A stretch of 64,000 nucleotides of DNA. Origin: Bdellovibrionota bacterium (lineage in GTDB: Bacteria; Bdellovibrionota_C; UBA2361; CALJRW01). Numbering within the stretch: position 1 is the first letter of the stretch; the number at the start of each line of letters is the position of its first letter. The stretch covers positions 128,001 to 192,000 of the forward strand of contig JBGSMD010000016.1 in the NCBI GenBank assembly GCA_041740355.1, given 5' to 3'. Shown piece by piece: positions 20,004-31,433 of this stretch. The position numbers and the translations under genes are program-made. Below the pieces are notes generated by a model. The model was given only the letters and a program-made list of their open reading frames with translations, was not told the origin of the DNA and searched no databases.

Positions 20004-21917
20004 TTAATTTAAATTTGAAAAATAATATTGTAATCCCATCTCAACAAATGATTGATAATTATCAAAGTTTTTATTTCGGGAAAATTTAATAAAAGAAGTG
20101 AACTCACTAGTTAATTTATAGTTTTGACTGATAGAGATCGAATTAGTAGCATCATAATTATTGATCAAGGGTTGCCCAACCTTACCCTCAAATTGCATTT
20201 GTGACTTACTTGAGTTTGTCCATTGCATCAGGAGAGCCAAACCGGGAAGCGCTTCGACCTTATGTCCTAATGAATCCGCTAGATAAAATTCACCACTAGC
20301 TAGTAGTGTTGTCCTAACGTTCGGTAAAAATTCATAACTAAGTCCATAAACGGCGGAAGGTGCAAAACTTAGATTGCGTTCTGACTCCTGGACTACAATT
20401 CTTTTAAATTCAGCATTTACACCCCAAGAAAATGGTTTAATAAAATACTTTCTAATTGGAAATGAATTAATTTGAACCAATGTAAATCTTTCTAAGGAAA
20501 CCTGTTCTCTCTCAAAATAAACTCGAAATTCAGGTTCCAAAAAAAATAACTCAGAATTAGGCAGATATCCGGCATCAGGATCTGATAAACTATGCAATGC
20601 GGGACGAAGAGCGATGCCTACATATGGCGAATCACTCCCGTCTTGGTGTTGAATACCATAACTTGTTTTTAATCGTCCTAAATCTTGTCCTAATAAAGGC
20701 TCTGGTTTATTATTAATAAAATAATTACTTGCTATATTTGAAGAGAAAAGCTTACTTCTCAAATGAGCAATCTTAGCTCTTTTTTCAAGATTTAATTTAG
20801 GTACTTTCTTCACCTCAAAAGCCAGTAGTGCTTCTGTCGCATCTAATATTTTGATTTGCTCTTCAAAACTAAAAGTTTCCAAACTTAAATCGTCTTCAAC
20901 TAATACTAGATCAGCCAGCCCACGGACTTTTTCTTTTTCAATTAATGACAACTTACCTTCGAGAAAGTCCAAGACAGCAACTTCAGAAAGTCTTCTTTTT
21001 GGCTCTGAGCTAATAATTCTATATTTTTTAAGAATGCGAATAGTATCTAGTGGTATTACATAAGGAAATGGAGTTTGATAGTATTTTATATCGGGCCTAG
21101 CAACAGAGAGCAAAGCTAATAGTTGAAAAGAACAATTCTCATCAATAAAATAATAATCAAAATAAGCATTCTTCAGCTCCCAAAGATGTAATTCTAGAAT
21201 TCGAATCTCTTCCTCTGACAGATTTAAGGGATATTCCCATAGATCCCGTCGATCTGCATCCGCATATTGCTGAACTCTGACGTAGTATGGTGTGTTGTAA
21301 AATTTACCTTTATATCCACCAAATAAACCATTCCAAGCCATACTAAATCCAGTATGTTTGTGCGAATCTGCTGCGAAACTTACTGTGGGATCTAGTAACC
21401 TAGATGCAGGTAATTCACTATTTTCTAACCTAAGAAAAGTATGCCCAAACATGGAAGCAGGGTTATCTAAATAAGATTCTGCAAATATTAGTGATATTTT
21501 ATTAATACTTCTTTCCTGTATTAATTTACCTACTGCCGGACAAACTGTTTCTACGGGTGAGGCAGACTTGTATTTAGTAAAGTTATTTCTTACCCATTCA
21601 TATCGAGCAGGAAATCTACAAATAGTTTTATTTCTATTCTCAATAGAAATATTTTCCAGAAAAAATGAGTTAATAGTAAATTCTAATTCTGACTGTAAGT
21701 TAGTTTTTCCTGTGGGCGATAAGAAAAAATCCACAGAATCAACAGCACTTTGGTACTCAACACCTAAAGAATTTTTTTGAGCATGCATTAATGCTTGCCA
21801 AGCGGGGTTGGAGGCTAAACGTTTAAGTTCTAAATCAGTCGCAGAAGATGTGATTGCTACTAAGTTACTTCCAAAGAAAACTGTCGACAATAAAAATGTA
21901 AGTATCTTTTTTTTCAA
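20004..21917 (-). CDS. DUF4105 (Lnb-like) domain protein with C-terminal beta-barrel
   Basis: CRFPARY, PASMFGHTFLR, RDLWEYPLNL, YYFIDENCS; C-terminal beta-strands ending in YYF. Confidence 0.85.
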   Translation of the reverse strand: MKKKILTFLLSTVFFGSNLVAITSSATDLELKRLASNPAWQALMHAQKNSLGVEYQSAVDSVDFFLSPTGKTNLQSELEFTINSFFLENISIENRNKTICRFPARYEWVRNNFTKYKSASPVETVCPAVGKLIQERSINKISLIFAESYLDNPASMFGHTFLRLENSELPASRLLDPTVSFAADSHKHTGFSMAWNGLFGGYKGKFYNTPYYVRVQQYADADRRDLWEYPLNLSEEEIRILELHLWELKNAYFDYYFIDENCSFQLLALLSVARPDIKYYQTPFPYVIPLDTIRILKKYRIISSEPKRRLSEVAVLDFLEGKLSLIEKEKVRGLADLVLVEDDLSLETFSFEEQIKILDATEALLAFEVKKVPKLNLEKRAKIAHLRSKLFSSNIASNYFINNKPEPLLGQDLGRLKTSYGIQHQDGSDSPYVGIALRPALHSLSDPDAGYLPNSELFFLEPEFRVYFEREQVSLERFTLVQINSFPIRKYFIKPFSWGVNAEFKRIVVQESERNLSFAPSAVYGLSYEFLPNVRTTLLASGEFYLADSLGHKVEALPGLALLMQWTNSSKSQMQFEGKVGQPLINNYDATNSISISQNYKLTSEFTSFIKFSRNKNFDNYQSFVEMGLQYYFSNLN

Positions 21918-21942
21918 AGTTAGTTGAGAAACAAGTAATTCC

Positions 21943-22395
21943 TTAACTATTTTTTTGCCTTACTTCTTCAATTTTAGTAATTAAGATGGCTCCTTGGAAT
22001 TGTTCATTTGTCTGACTATGGTTTAAAAAAATAGCTTCATAATTCGCCTTTAGGAATTTATTAAATTGCTCCGAAGACTCAGAAGACGTAATCATTAGAT
22101 CTCCTAATGTTTGTAAATACTCACCTTCTCCCCTTGAAGCGTCTCTACGAATTTTCTCATAATTAAATGACGCAAACTTAATGGCCATATTTCTTCTATC
22201 TGCTTTGCTGGCAAGTTCACTTGCACCTGATTCTTTTGAGTTCGGAAAGGTGCTGGAAGTCAGACCAATTAAAGCTTCTGTAGTATTGGCCAGTGTTTCA
22301 GAGGTGCCCTCTAAACTTCTAGTAGTAACAGCACAGGCAGAGAGAATAAAAATGGTAACAAACAACGAACTTAGAAATAATAATTTATTTAACAT
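21943..22395 (-). CDS. DUF3015-like lipoprotein
   Basis: Lipobox LSAC; NYEKIRRDASRGEGEYLQTL motif; usual partner of DUF4105. Confidence 0.75.
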   Translation of the reverse strand: MLNKLLFLSSLFVTIFILSACAVTTRSLEGTSETLANTTEALIGLTSSTFPNSKESGASELASKADRRNMAIKFASFNYEKIRRDASRGEGEYLQTLGDLMITSSESSEQFNKFLKANYEAIFLNHSQTNEQFQGAILITKIEEVRQKNS

Positions 22396-22806
22396 AAATA
22401 TAATCCTGAAATATTAAAGAAGAATAAAATAAATTCAAAAATTCCGTTAAGAAGATCCTATTATAAGCTCTATTTCTAAGACTTAAATATACATAGACTC
22501 ACTGTTTATGTTATTTTTAGCTACAGAAAGCTAGATATCTGCCGTAGCTTTTGCTTTGGCGCGACAGGAATCCAAGATTTGCTTTAGCCGTAAGGACTCA
22601 GTTCAATTTACTAAGGTAAATTATTTTTGTCATTACTATTTATTACGTATGGCTTACTCGAAAATTCCAAAAATTTGACATACAACCCGTAACACAACAG
22701 TTTTTATGTGACAAGACAGAATAGATCTAGAATAATCCTACCGTCCAAATTACAAGAATGTATTACGTTTACGGAACAGATTTAATAAACTTTTCTTGGG
22801 ATGCTA

Positions 22807-22839
22807 ACTTGTCCGCCGCAGCTTCAGCGAAAGTGGACA
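22807..22839 (+). repeat. REP-like repeat family A
   Basis: ACTTGTCCGCCGCAGCTTCAGCGAAAGTGGACA; imperfect hairpin TGTCCGC/GTGGACA. Confidence 0.75.
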
Positions 22840-22943
22840 CCTTAGTTAAGATCAAGCGAAGATGAAAATTCAAGACTGGCAATATCTATCAGATTTTAAC
22901 TTATTAGAAATTATTTTTTCAATTGGGAAAAATGTCATAAAAA

Positions 22944-24050
22944 TTAAATCAAATTTTTGGGATTTAACACTTTTAATTCTGGCAAAACAAATAGTCCATC
23001 TTTACGTACAAGTTTATTATCAAAATAAATTTCCCCTCCTCCATATTCCGGTCTTTGAATTAAAACCAGATCCCAATGAACAGCAGAACGGTTACCATTG
23101 TCAGCTACTTCATAGGCCTGACCAGGTGTAAAGTGAATTGAACCAGCAATTTTTTCATCAAATAAAATATCAGACATTGGATGTAGGATATAAGGATTCA
23201 CTCCAATCGCAAATTCACCAATAAACCTTGCCCCAGCATCGGTATTCAAAATTTCATTTATCTTCTGATGATCAGAACTAGTTGCCTTAATAATTTTTCC
23301 ATTCGCAAATTCTAAACAAACATTCTCAAAACGGCTGCCCAGATAAGTGGAAGGAGTGTTATAACTAATCATTCCTTCCACTGAATTCTTTACTGGACAT
23401 GAGAACACCTCTCCATCAGGAATATTATGAGTACCGGAGCAAGCAATTGCCGGTATTGATTTAATACTAAATCGCAAATCAGTTCCCGGAGAAATAATCC
23501 GAACTTGATCTGTCTTATTCATTAACTTCACCAAGGGCTGCATTGCTTTAGCCATTTTTCGATAATCTAGCGTACAAACTTTAAAATAAAAGTCTTCAAA
23601 TCCTTCTGTACTCATGTTGGCACTTTGTGCCATTGAAGAGGTAGGCCAACGCAGGACAGTCCAGCGAGTCTTGTTAACTCGCTGGTCTAATACTGGTCTT
23701 ATTATCTTAGAGTATCCAGTAAGAACTTTGCCCGGAATATCAGCATACTCTGAAGAGTTATGGGCACCACGTATAGCAATATAGGCCTGCATTTGTTTCA
23801 TTCGAGCGAGTTCCAGCTTAGCAAATTCATTAGTTTGTGAGTCAGAACTGCCTAAAACTAACTCTCTATTTATCCGAGAATGTTTTAATTCAATAAAAGG
23901 ATGAGCTGATTTTTTCCTAACGGCCCGCACCAGGGCAATGGCAAAGTCATCAGGAGTATCAGTCAAATCTAGCAGAATATTTTCTGATTTTTTTAATTTA
24001 ACAGAGTATTCAATTAAGAGATTAGCAAGTTTTGTGTAGCGTAGATCCAT
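22944..24050 (-). CDS. Aminopeptidase, M29 (thermophilic metalloprotease / AmpS-like)
   Basis: [34 protein letters not shown]. Confidence 0.93.
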   Translation of the reverse strand: MDLRYTKLANLLIEYSVKLKKSENILLDLTDTPDDFAIALVRAVRKKSAHPFIELKHSRINRELVLGSSDSQTNEFAKLELARMKQMQAYIAIRGAHNSSEYADIPGKVLTGYSKIIRPVLDQRVNKTRWTVLRWPTSSMAQSANMSTEGFEDFYFKVCTLDYRKMAKAMQPLVKLMNKTDQVRIISPGTDLRFSIKSIPAIACSGTHNIPDGEVFSCPVKNSVEGMISYNTPSTYLGSRFENVCLEFANGKIIKATSSDHQKINEILNTDAGARFIGEFAIGVNPYILHPMSDILFDEKIAGSIHFTPGQAYEVADNGNRSAVHWDLVLIQRPEYGGGEIYFDNKLVRKDGLFVLPELKVLNPKNLI

Positions 24051-24225
24051 TTGTCAAAATTAACATGATTATTATTTTTGGCAAAGTGCGTTTTATCTCT
24101 ACTTATATCTAATAAACTATATAGTCTGAATATAAAACACTAATTTCCCATAAGTTAAATTAGTGTTTAGATCCTGAATTTGCTACTTAAGTGATATTTA
24201 GAATAAAGCTGTGGTATCCCAATAT

Positions 24226-26154
24226 TTAATTTACCAATGCATTGCGAAGTGCTAGTTTTGCTTTGCCTTTATGAACTATCCACTCGGCAGTTAGATCTTG
24301 TGAAACAGTTGTGCAAATTGGGTGAATCCCAGGCTGATACTTAAACCAAAGGCTATCACCTGTATATGCTTCAACTCCTTGGCAGTTAAACTCCCTAGGA
24401 TACTGTCCAATCCAACCACCCCCACCTAAAACTTTTACCTCTACTGTTAATGCTTCTTCTACGATAAGGCAGGCAGTATAAAGTTTAGTTTGATCCCACC
24501 GACCTTGTAATACTGGCAAACGACCATTTTCCAAATTATAATAACGATAATTGGAATGACAAATAGTAGCGGCAGCGCTTGGCTCAAGATAGGTTCGGTC
24601 TTCTTTTAAAAACTTCTCAAAATTATTATTAGAAATATTATAAAGCATTGTCGTGTAACCAAAATGCTTTATTGGACTAAGGTTTTCCCTGGCCCATTGA
24701 TGCTTAGAAAAATTGCGATACACCCCTGCCAATTGATTCACTGAAATTAAATTATATCCAGGAAGGATATGTGCTGGATTATAAACAAACTCTTTAACCT
24801 CTGAAGTAGCCATTAATTTAGAAGCCGTCAGATTTTGATTCCAATCTACGTTTGAATCTGCAATCCACTGATAAACATTCTCCTTGGGCCAAATTAATAG
24901 ATTAGTAAAGGCAAGCTGATTACCAAAATAAGGTTTAACTTCCCAGATAGCCAGAAACGTCAGCAGGAATAGAAAAAGATTAGCTGATTTCTTGGGTTTA
25001 ATATTTATAAAGACTTGAGCTACTAGCAGATATAATAATGGAATACACATTAAGGCGTAGCGCAGACCAACATGTACCCGAAAAATTAAAGAAAAATATA
25101 TTAAAAAATATACAAACAAAATGCCTGTAAAGACAAACTTAGGATCACGAAATAAAGATTTGCTTTGTTTGGTAGCATAAAATGCAGTGACGCCGCAGAT
25201 GGTAATCAAGGAGAGAGGTGTTTTTAAGATCCAACAAAGAATAAAGAAATACCAAATACCATCCGTCAATACTTGCCCCAATATAATTCCATTCCATTTC
25301 CAAGTTCTCTCCACAATTAATTGTTGATCAAAGCCAGCAATGAAATCTATCGGCAGGGGCAATGGTAAGTGTGGGATTAAAGAACTTAAGTTTTGAAATG
25401 CTTGATAATACCAAATCCGACTGGAAAAACTTAACCCCGTCCCTAGAAAACCATAGCTGATATTAATTATTAAAATTGTTATGAAACAGACAACTAAAAT
25501 TTGTATCACAAAACGGCTGACTATATGAAAAAGAGAAGCTTGCTGTAAATTTTTCACTAAAATCAGCAAAACTAGTGGTGGAAACAGAAAAGTGGCGCTG
25601 TATTTTGCTATGAAAGCTAATCCTAGTCCCAATCCTAACTTAGCGATTGAGGATTTATTAGCGTTCTTCCAATAATCAAGACTTAATTTCAACAAGAATG
25701 CTGTTGCTCCAGCAAATGGCAGATCTGTTCCAACTAAACTAGCATGTGCCAGAAGATTTGCATCGAGTGATAACAATATTAAAACTATCCATTTTACCTC
25801 ACGATTGAGAGACTTCGCTAGGATTTGAAAGCAAGAATAGAATAAAAGTAAAAGCCAAAATATTTGTGGAAGACGCGCAATGAACTTATTAAAACCCTGT
25901 TCCCCAGTAATTAGTTGATAAATTTTAATTCCAAAAACATTTAGCAACATTGCTGGTGTTGTGGAATTATAATTATGAACACTAGCTCGCTCAGTTAAAC
26001 CTTGCTGAATTAATCTTTCACTATATGAATAATGCCAATATTCATCGCCAGCTGGCCAGTCATTAGAATGCATTTGAAATAGAACAGCTAGTAGAGCATA
26101 GGCAACTAGAGTTATAGCCAAAATTTGTAAGATTTTTAGCGTTGTGATTTTCAT
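24226..26154 (-). CDS. GT-C fold membrane glycosyltransferase (ArnT-like)
   Basis: GDEYWH after TM1, GTDLP, AKYSA, GLRY, DSNVDWNQ. Confidence 0.85.
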   Translation of the reverse strand: MKITTLKILQILAITLVAYALLAVLFQMHSNDWPAGDEYWHYSYSERLIQQGLTERASVHNYNSTTPAMLLNVFGIKIYQLITGEQGFNKFIARLPQIFWLLLLFYSCFQILAKSLNREVKWIVLILLSLDANLLAHASLVGTDLPFAGATAFLLKLSLDYWKNANKSSIAKLGLGLGLAFIAKYSATFLFPPLVLLILVKNLQQASLFHIVSRFVIQILVVCFITILIINISYGFLGTGLSFSSRIWYYQAFQNLSSLIPHLPLPLPIDFIAGFDQQLIVERTWKWNGIILGQVLTDGIWYFFILCWILKTPLSLITICGVTAFYATKQSKSLFRDPKFVFTGILFVYFLIYFSLIFRVHVGLRYALMCIPLLYLLVAQVFINIKPKKSANLFLFLLTFLAIWEVKPYFGNQLAFTNLLIWPKENVYQWIADSNVDWNQNLTASKLMATSEVKEFVYNPAHILPGYNLISVNQLAGVYRNFSKHQWARENLSPIKHFGYTTMLYNISNNNFEKFLKEDRTYLEPSAAATICHSNYRYYNLENGRLPVLQGRWDQTKLYTACLIVEEALTVEVKVLGGGGWIGQYPREFNCQGVEAYTGDSLWFKYQPGIHPICTTVSQDLTAEWIVHKGKAKLALRNALVN

Positions 26155-26205
26155 TTAAACTGACTTATGATTCATGAATTAAAGAAAATTACTTAATGTG
26201 TGATG

Positions 26206-26251
26206 TACTAAGCGACATTCAAAATTACCGTTTCCTTTTTGTTGCCTAGTA
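26206..26251 (+). repeat. MITE-like repeat family B
   Basis: TACTAAGCGACA-ttcaaaattaccgtttcc-TGTTGCCTAGTA terminal inverted repeats. Confidence 0.65.
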
Positions 26252-26252
26252 T

Positions 26253-26308
26253 ATTCAAGTCCATTAAGAATGGACTTGAATGCTTGGAAAAATGCAACAT
26301 GCATTTTC
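26253..26308. repeat. Two adjacent hairpins
   Basis: Perfect 13-bp stem ATTCAAGTCCATT-AAG-AATGGACTTGAAT, then AAAATGCA-ACA-TGCATTTT. Confidence 0.6.
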
Positions 26309-26447
26309 AGTTTATTAGGATTACTATCCCCCGAAGGAAAAATTAATTTATATAGTTATGACAAAAATAAGAAAACTAACTTTTAATATTCGAAAATTAC
26401 GTTTAGTCATAACTATATATGACACCTTCTCAAAGCCTAATTATCGC

Positions 26448-27446
26448 TTAATAGGAAGGCGGCGGAAACCATTCGACACGATAACCAAGAATCATTCTTT
26501 CATAATCCTTATAAGGCTTTAAAATCTCCAAGGCAAGATCTAGACGTTGCTTAGCACTACTTGTAGCCAAAAAATCTTTAATATCTAATCTTCTTTTTGC
26601 GCAAAACTCCTCATAATTCTCCCCCCTTGATATTAATGGTCCTGGATAAACCTCAGTCCAATGCTCACGGGAATACATTCCTTTAGCTTTAATTTGTTCT
26701 TCAAATAATAGCTCAAAAAAAGCTGTTTTCTGTTCCTCCGTCAAAACTTGATATAAGGATGTAATGTTCTGCCCAGCTAAGCCCCTCGAATCTTTTTGAC
26801 TTAAGCTAATTTCTAAAACGGCCTGCAAAGTTGCCGATACTTTTCTAACAGCAAATTCATCTAAAGCCTCAATATGCAACTCCGGAAGTAATCTTATCTT
26901 TCCGAGTAAGGGGATTATCCCCGGTAAATTCATTTCTGCTTGCCATTCTCCAAATAAAATAGGTGTGTGAAAAGCTGTATCTACAACATAATCTCCGACC
27001 ATCACAGCCACATGCCCCACACCCCATGTAGCATTTTCAGCATCTCCCAAATAGACGGTAGGCATTAATTCTGCACGAAGAGCCCCATAATCATCGACAA
27101 CAAAAATACTCCCATTACTAAGGTACTTTGACCCGGTCAGCAGCCGACCAGCCTCTCTTTCCGTCTGAAACCATTCTTTAATTGGCTGAATTAGAGGTTT
27201 TCTCAGACTCAAAAAGTCGCCAACCTTAGTATTAAATACAAAAGCTCTCTTTAATAGTGAAGGATCAATTCCAGCAGATAAAGCTAATTTAAGAACTACT
27301 TCAGCTCGTTCATGACAGCCATCATCGATCACCTTACAAGGCAGCTGAGAATGTGCCTGTGCAATAGCTAGCAATTCTTGCGCCTCTGCAAAACCAAGAT
27401 ATTTCAACTTAGTATCTAAACTTTTTAAAGCGTTCTTAATTTCCAA
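26448..27446 (-). CDS. Protein-glutamine glutaminase-like (papain-fold Cys-His-Asp) protein
   Basis: DDGCHERA, WGVGHVAV and YVVDTAF match the DGCxARAH / WxxHVA / ViDP pattern of protein glutaminases. Confidence 0.65.
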   Translation of the reverse strand: MEIKNALKSLDTKLKYLGFAEAQELLAIAQAHSQLPCKVIDDGCHERAEVVLKLALSAGIDPSLLKRAFVFNTKVGDFLSLRKPLIQPIKEWFQTEREAGRLLTGSKYLSNGSIFVVDDYGALRAELMPTVYLGDAENATWGVGHVAVMVGDYVVDTAFHTPILFGEWQAEMNLPGIIPLLGKIRLLPELHIEALDEFAVRKVSATLQAVLEISLSQKDSRGLAGQNITSLYQVLTEEQKTAFFELLFEEQIKAKGMYSREHWTEVYPGPLISRGENYEEFCAKRRLDIKDFLATSSAKQRLDLALEILKPYKDYERMILGYRVEWFPPPSY

Positions 27447-27616
27447 GGCAAAATATATCGAAGGTAAACTATTCTAAGTTATGGATAAATAATAAATAAT
27501 GTAACATTTGAATATATTATTAAAAGTAAAAATCACGAATGAATTGCTAAAAAACCATTTTTGGAATTCCAGTTGGTTTGACTTTATTGCTTGTATATAA
27601 GCATTCAAACTGGGAT

Positions 27617-27658
27617 ACCTGCCCGTAACTTGCCAGCCGACTTGTCCGCCGAAGCTTT
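27617..27658 (+). repeat. REP-like repeat family A with tandem 11-12-bp units
   Basis: ACCTGCCCGTA-ACTTGCCAGCCG-ACTTGTCCGCCG-AAGCTTT. Confidence 0.7.
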
Positions 27659-27786
27659 CTTCAAAGGATAGTCCATGATTGGAGAGTCCAATAAATATTG
27701 ATTTTGAACAAATTAATTATTAACAGTCACAAATCTTACTTATGGAAAAAACCAATCCAGTTATAAATTATATTAATTGTAAGTTA

Positions 27787-29745
27787 TTAAGAACTGGCAA
27801 TCAGCTGTTTATCAACTAAATAAAAAATTGGGTAATCCGGATGAAGATTAATCAACTTCTGATTATGATCTCTTAAGTCTGTAGCAAAAATATAATTTCC
27901 ATTAAAACCAACTGAATTATCAGCAAAAAATGGTGAGTAATTACCAAAACCCTGAAGATCATAATTTAAATCATCCTGACATTCTGCGGGAATTTTGTTG
28001 CCAACTTTTAAACGAAAGGTTGAATCTCCGGCTATATTTAGCTTAAGGACTTCCTGCTTCTGAATAATAAACTCATTTAGTACAGTCAGTAATTGCTCAA
28101 AACTTAATTTGTCTTGATAATAATTTTTAATAATCTCGGATAACTGACAATGATCTGATTGACGATAAACTTGTTCGACAAGAGGAGCAGACACTCCTGC
28201 CCCACGAAGCAAAGAAACTAAGCGGTGTCCAAAACTAACCTTCACAAATACTAAGGCTTTATTGACTTTCCTAGCTTTCAGCATCTCCGGTAAATTAATT
28301 TTAAATGAAGCCATTCCATGGGCATAAGTATTGGCCCTCTGCGGGAAAGAAAAACAGAGTGAATAGATTATAGTCAAAATAATAAAACCACGCCAAAAAA
28401 CAGTTAAGGAAATTACTCGATGTCCTAAACTGAATTCTTTACTTTTGAAGTGCTGATCGATCAGGCCCAGGCTACGGACAAAAAGCGGAATTAAAAATAA
28501 GATCGAGACATGTAAAAATCTTGGACCTAAAAAAGAATCTCGGTGCCAATAAAATATGTATGCTATCGGCGTCGCAAAAGAAAGTATTAAAAATAAGCGA
28601 TCCTCTACGGTATCTTGCTTTTTTAAGAATAAAACAGGCAGAAATATCAAGGCTGGCCAAGGGGATTCGAAAAGAAATTCATTAATCAGTTTCCAGTCAA
28701 TTATAAAATCTTGGAGAGCAATTAGTGGAGTATAATCAATACCCCAGGGAGATTGATGAAAGCCTAATTGATGACTAGCTCCCCAAAGTTTGATATACCC
28801 TGCTAAAAAAGGATCTCCAGTGGTGATCATATTAAAGCCTAAATAAACACAAACGCCAGGCAAGACAGAGAATGAAGCTATTAGTAAATGGCTTATAGGC
28901 AATTCATGCCAAGTTCGTTTTAGAATATAAATCAACAATACTATACCAATTGCAATCATTTCTAATGGTCGAGTTGCTAATGCCAAGCCCGAAAAAAATC
29001 CCGATAAAATTAAATAAAATAATTTTTTATTTTCTACATATTTGAAACAATATAAAGTTGTCAGAGCAATTAATAAGAATGCTGTGCTATGACTCATAAA
29101 GCTAACGCCCAGAAATAAATAGAATGGCGAAATAGCTAATAATAAAGTCGCCCACTTGGCATCTTTGTTGGGCAAAATCATCTGATAGATGACCGACGCA
29201 GTAACAACTCCCAGTATCGAGATAAGAATTTGTACCACGTTAACACTCCCCAGATACACACCAACTGCTAGAAGTAATGAATGAAAGGGCGGATACTGGG
29301 CAAAGACTCCATTCTGCTCATAGAGAATATTATAGGTATAAAAAAATTCAGGATATTTAGGAAGTGGTGCTAGCAGATTTCCAGCAGCAAAAATTTTAGC
29401 CTGAAAAAGATAGGCGATACTATCTACCTGAGGGGGGCGGACTTTAAAAACTAAACTTGAAATTAATGCTAAAAGAAAAATACAAACAAAAAAAATTAAA
29501 GATATCGGTAATCTTTTTACGAAAATATTAAAATCAAACTGGATGATTGTTTGATTAAACCTACGAAAGAAGGAACAACTATAAGCAAAAAGAAAAGCTA
29601 AAAGCAAAGTAGCGCTGATTCCATAAGCCCAAGCTTCTAGATTCAAAGCAAATTTAATATCTTTAACTTTACCAAAAAGCAGCTCTATTGGTAATAAGAT
29701 TACCAATCCAGTAAAGAAACTTAAGATAAGATAGAAGTAACGCAA
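27787..29745 (-). CDS. GT-C fold membrane glycosyltransferase
   Basis: QVDSIAYLFQAKIFA, AQYPP, MSH, TRP, LGPRF; paralogous in motif order to 9039..10517. Confidence 0.82.
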   Translation of the reverse strand: MRYFYLILSFFTGLVILLPIELLFGKVKDIKFALNLEAWAYGISATLLLAFLFAYSCSFFRRFNQTIIQFDFNIFVKRLPISLIFFVCIFLLALISSLVFKVRPPQVDSIAYLFQAKIFAAGNLLAPLPKYPEFFYTYNILYEQNGVFAQYPPFHSLLLAVGVYLGSVNVVQILISILGVVTASVIYQMILPNKDAKWATLLLAISPFYLFLGVSFMSHSTAFLLIALTTLYCFKYVENKKLFYLILSGFFSGLALATRPLEMIAIGIVLLIYILKRTWHELPISHLLIASFSVLPGVCVYLGFNMITTGDPFLAGYIKLWGASHQLGFHQSPWGIDYTPLIALQDFIIDWKLINEFLFESPWPALIFLPVLFLKKQDTVEDRLFLILSFATPIAYIFYWHRDSFLGPRFLHVSILFLIPLFVRSLGLIDQHFKSKEFSLGHRVISLTVFWRGFIILTIIYSLCFSFPQRANTYAHGMASFKINLPEMLKARKVNKALVFVKVSFGHRLVSLLRGAGVSAPLVEQVYRQSDHCQLSEIIKNYYQDKLSFEQLLTVLNEFIIQKQEVLKLNIAGDSTFRLKVGNKIPAECQDDLNYDLQGFGNYSPFFADNSVGFNGNYIFATDLRDHNQKLINLHPDYPIFYLVDKQLIASS

Positions 29746-29930
29746 TTTAATTATAATTGAAAAAAATTAAAGAAATCAATTGCCAGGAGTTCATTCTTTT
29801 AATTTCAGAGTAGCAAGGCTCAATCATAGATACCTTAGTGTTAAGCATAACAAGCAAAACTCTTCGAATTATAAAGAATATTGCTGATTCAAGAAAGGAA
29901 GAAAATAATTCAGGTTTATATTTCCAAATT

Positions 29931-30431
29931 TTAGTCTAGTAATTGCAAGGAGCTAAAACAACTGACAATCAGATCTCCATCACAATTAGTTCGATCATCT
30001 ACATTAACCAACTGATTAATAAGTAGTTCTTCAGAAAAGCTAAGTCCAGAGTCGTTGCTAAAAAGCTGTCCGGGTCGGGCAACTAGATCGTCCTCAACTC
30101 GAACTTCGCAGCGATTGTCCTGGTCATCCCCATCGGCAAGATACAAATATGCCCCTGTTCCCAAAGAATTTAAAAAGGTGATAGCCGCTCTACTCTTCTC
30201 TGGGATCGGAGTTATAGCTTGTAATTGGATCAAATCAGCACGACCCTCATCGTCAATAATTGAAATCAAATTGGGCTCGGAAATTCCAATAATAGTTACG
30301 GGCTTACCTCGATCTTCTGAAACTGGGTTACGGAGTTTTTCATCTACGACGGCCCCACAATAAGAGGAGGCTTCAGTATTATCGTCCGTGCAGGAAGAAA
30401 GCAGAATTAATAAAATCGTTAATAATCGCAT
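29931..30431 (-). CDS. Lipoprotein with thermonuclease (SNase)-like fold
   Basis: Lipobox LSSC from the ATG at 30431; LIQLQAI and SFSEELLINQLV resemble SNase strands and helix; catalytic residues not evident. Confidence 0.6.
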   Translation of the reverse strand: MRLLTILLILLSSCTDDNTEASSYCGAVVDEKLRNPVSEDRGKPVTIIGISEPNLISIIDDEGRADLIQLQAITPIPEKSRAAITFLNSLGTGAYLYLADGDDQDNRCEVRVEDDLVARPGQLFSNDSGLSFSEELLINQLVNVDDRTNCDGDLIVSCFSSLQLLD

Positions 30432-30584
30432 AATTAGCTGAAGAAAAATAAATTGCTGATTATTATTTAGCACATAGCAGGATGCAAACAAAGAGCTTGT
30501 TACAATTTCACAATTTAATAAATTATCTCAAATAAGAACAGCAAACTCAGACTCTAAGCATTTTATTATAAAGTACAAGCAAAT

Positions 30585-31433
30585 TTAGCTTCCTGAAGAA
30601 TTTATTCTAGCTTGAAGATTTCTTGCTAGATCAACAATTAAATCAACGATCGGCAGATAATCACCCTTAATAAACTCAAAAAGATTTGACGCTTTACGAT
30701 CTTGTAGAAATTTTGTTAAGGCCCGATCGATTAATGGATTTTTACCAACTAAAGAATAAGACCCGCTTTCAGTCTGATGAGCTAAGGAATTTACAGCTCC
30801 AAAATTACGAATAATTCCTAAAAAACTTTCCTTCGATAAATCATTTATACTTAACTGACAAAGTTCTATCAGTTGGTCTAATGCTTTTATTACTTCCCGA
30901 TCAGGCGTAACCTGGCTATGTTCATTAATTGCTTTTGGTCTTCCAAATTCAATCTGTTGTCTAGTCTCTTCAAAATTCTTTGGATGTACTTCGCGATTTA
31001 AAGTAGCGCTCTTTTTAAATACTTGTCTAAAAAATTTACGATTGCTTGTGTGATTAACATCTACGGCAGTCTGTAAATCAGAATTCGCTGCAAGGAAAAT
31101 ATGGGTCATCGGACTTTTTGAATCATAAAGACAAGTAAGCATTTCTGCTAAAGATGACAAGACTCTAATTTTTTCAAGTGCTTTAGGATTTGCAATTGTA
31201 TCATCAATTAAATCAACTAAGTTTTGGTAATAACTTTGCTTTAAAGCTGATTGCTTGGCTCCCTTTGGCTGAAGGTCAATTTTAAATTTTACTAAACAGG
31301 CATCAAGCTCTTCACTTGAATTATGGTCGGTACTAAAAATCTTAACAACACATTTGATTAAATCATCATAGCGTTGCTCTAAGGGATTAATTAGATTACT
31401 TCGGATTTGTTGTTGCGTCGTCTGGGAATTCAT
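30585..31433 (-). CDS. Hypothetical protein
   Basis: 282-aa helical ORF with no motif. Confidence 0.7.
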   Translation of the reverse strand: MNSQTTQQQIRSNLINPLEQRYDDLIKCVVKIFSTDHNSSEELDACLVKFKIDLQPKGAKQSALKQSYYQNLVDLIDDTIANPKALEKIRVLSSLAEMLTCLYDSKSPMTHIFLAANSDLQTAVDVNHTSNRKFFRQVFKKSATLNREVHPKNFEETRQQIEFGRPKAINEHSQVTPDREVIKALDQLIELCQLSINDLSKESFLGIIRNFGAVNSLAHQTESGSYSLVGKNPLIDRALTKFLQDRKASNLFEFIKGDYLPIVDLIVDLARNLQARINSSGS

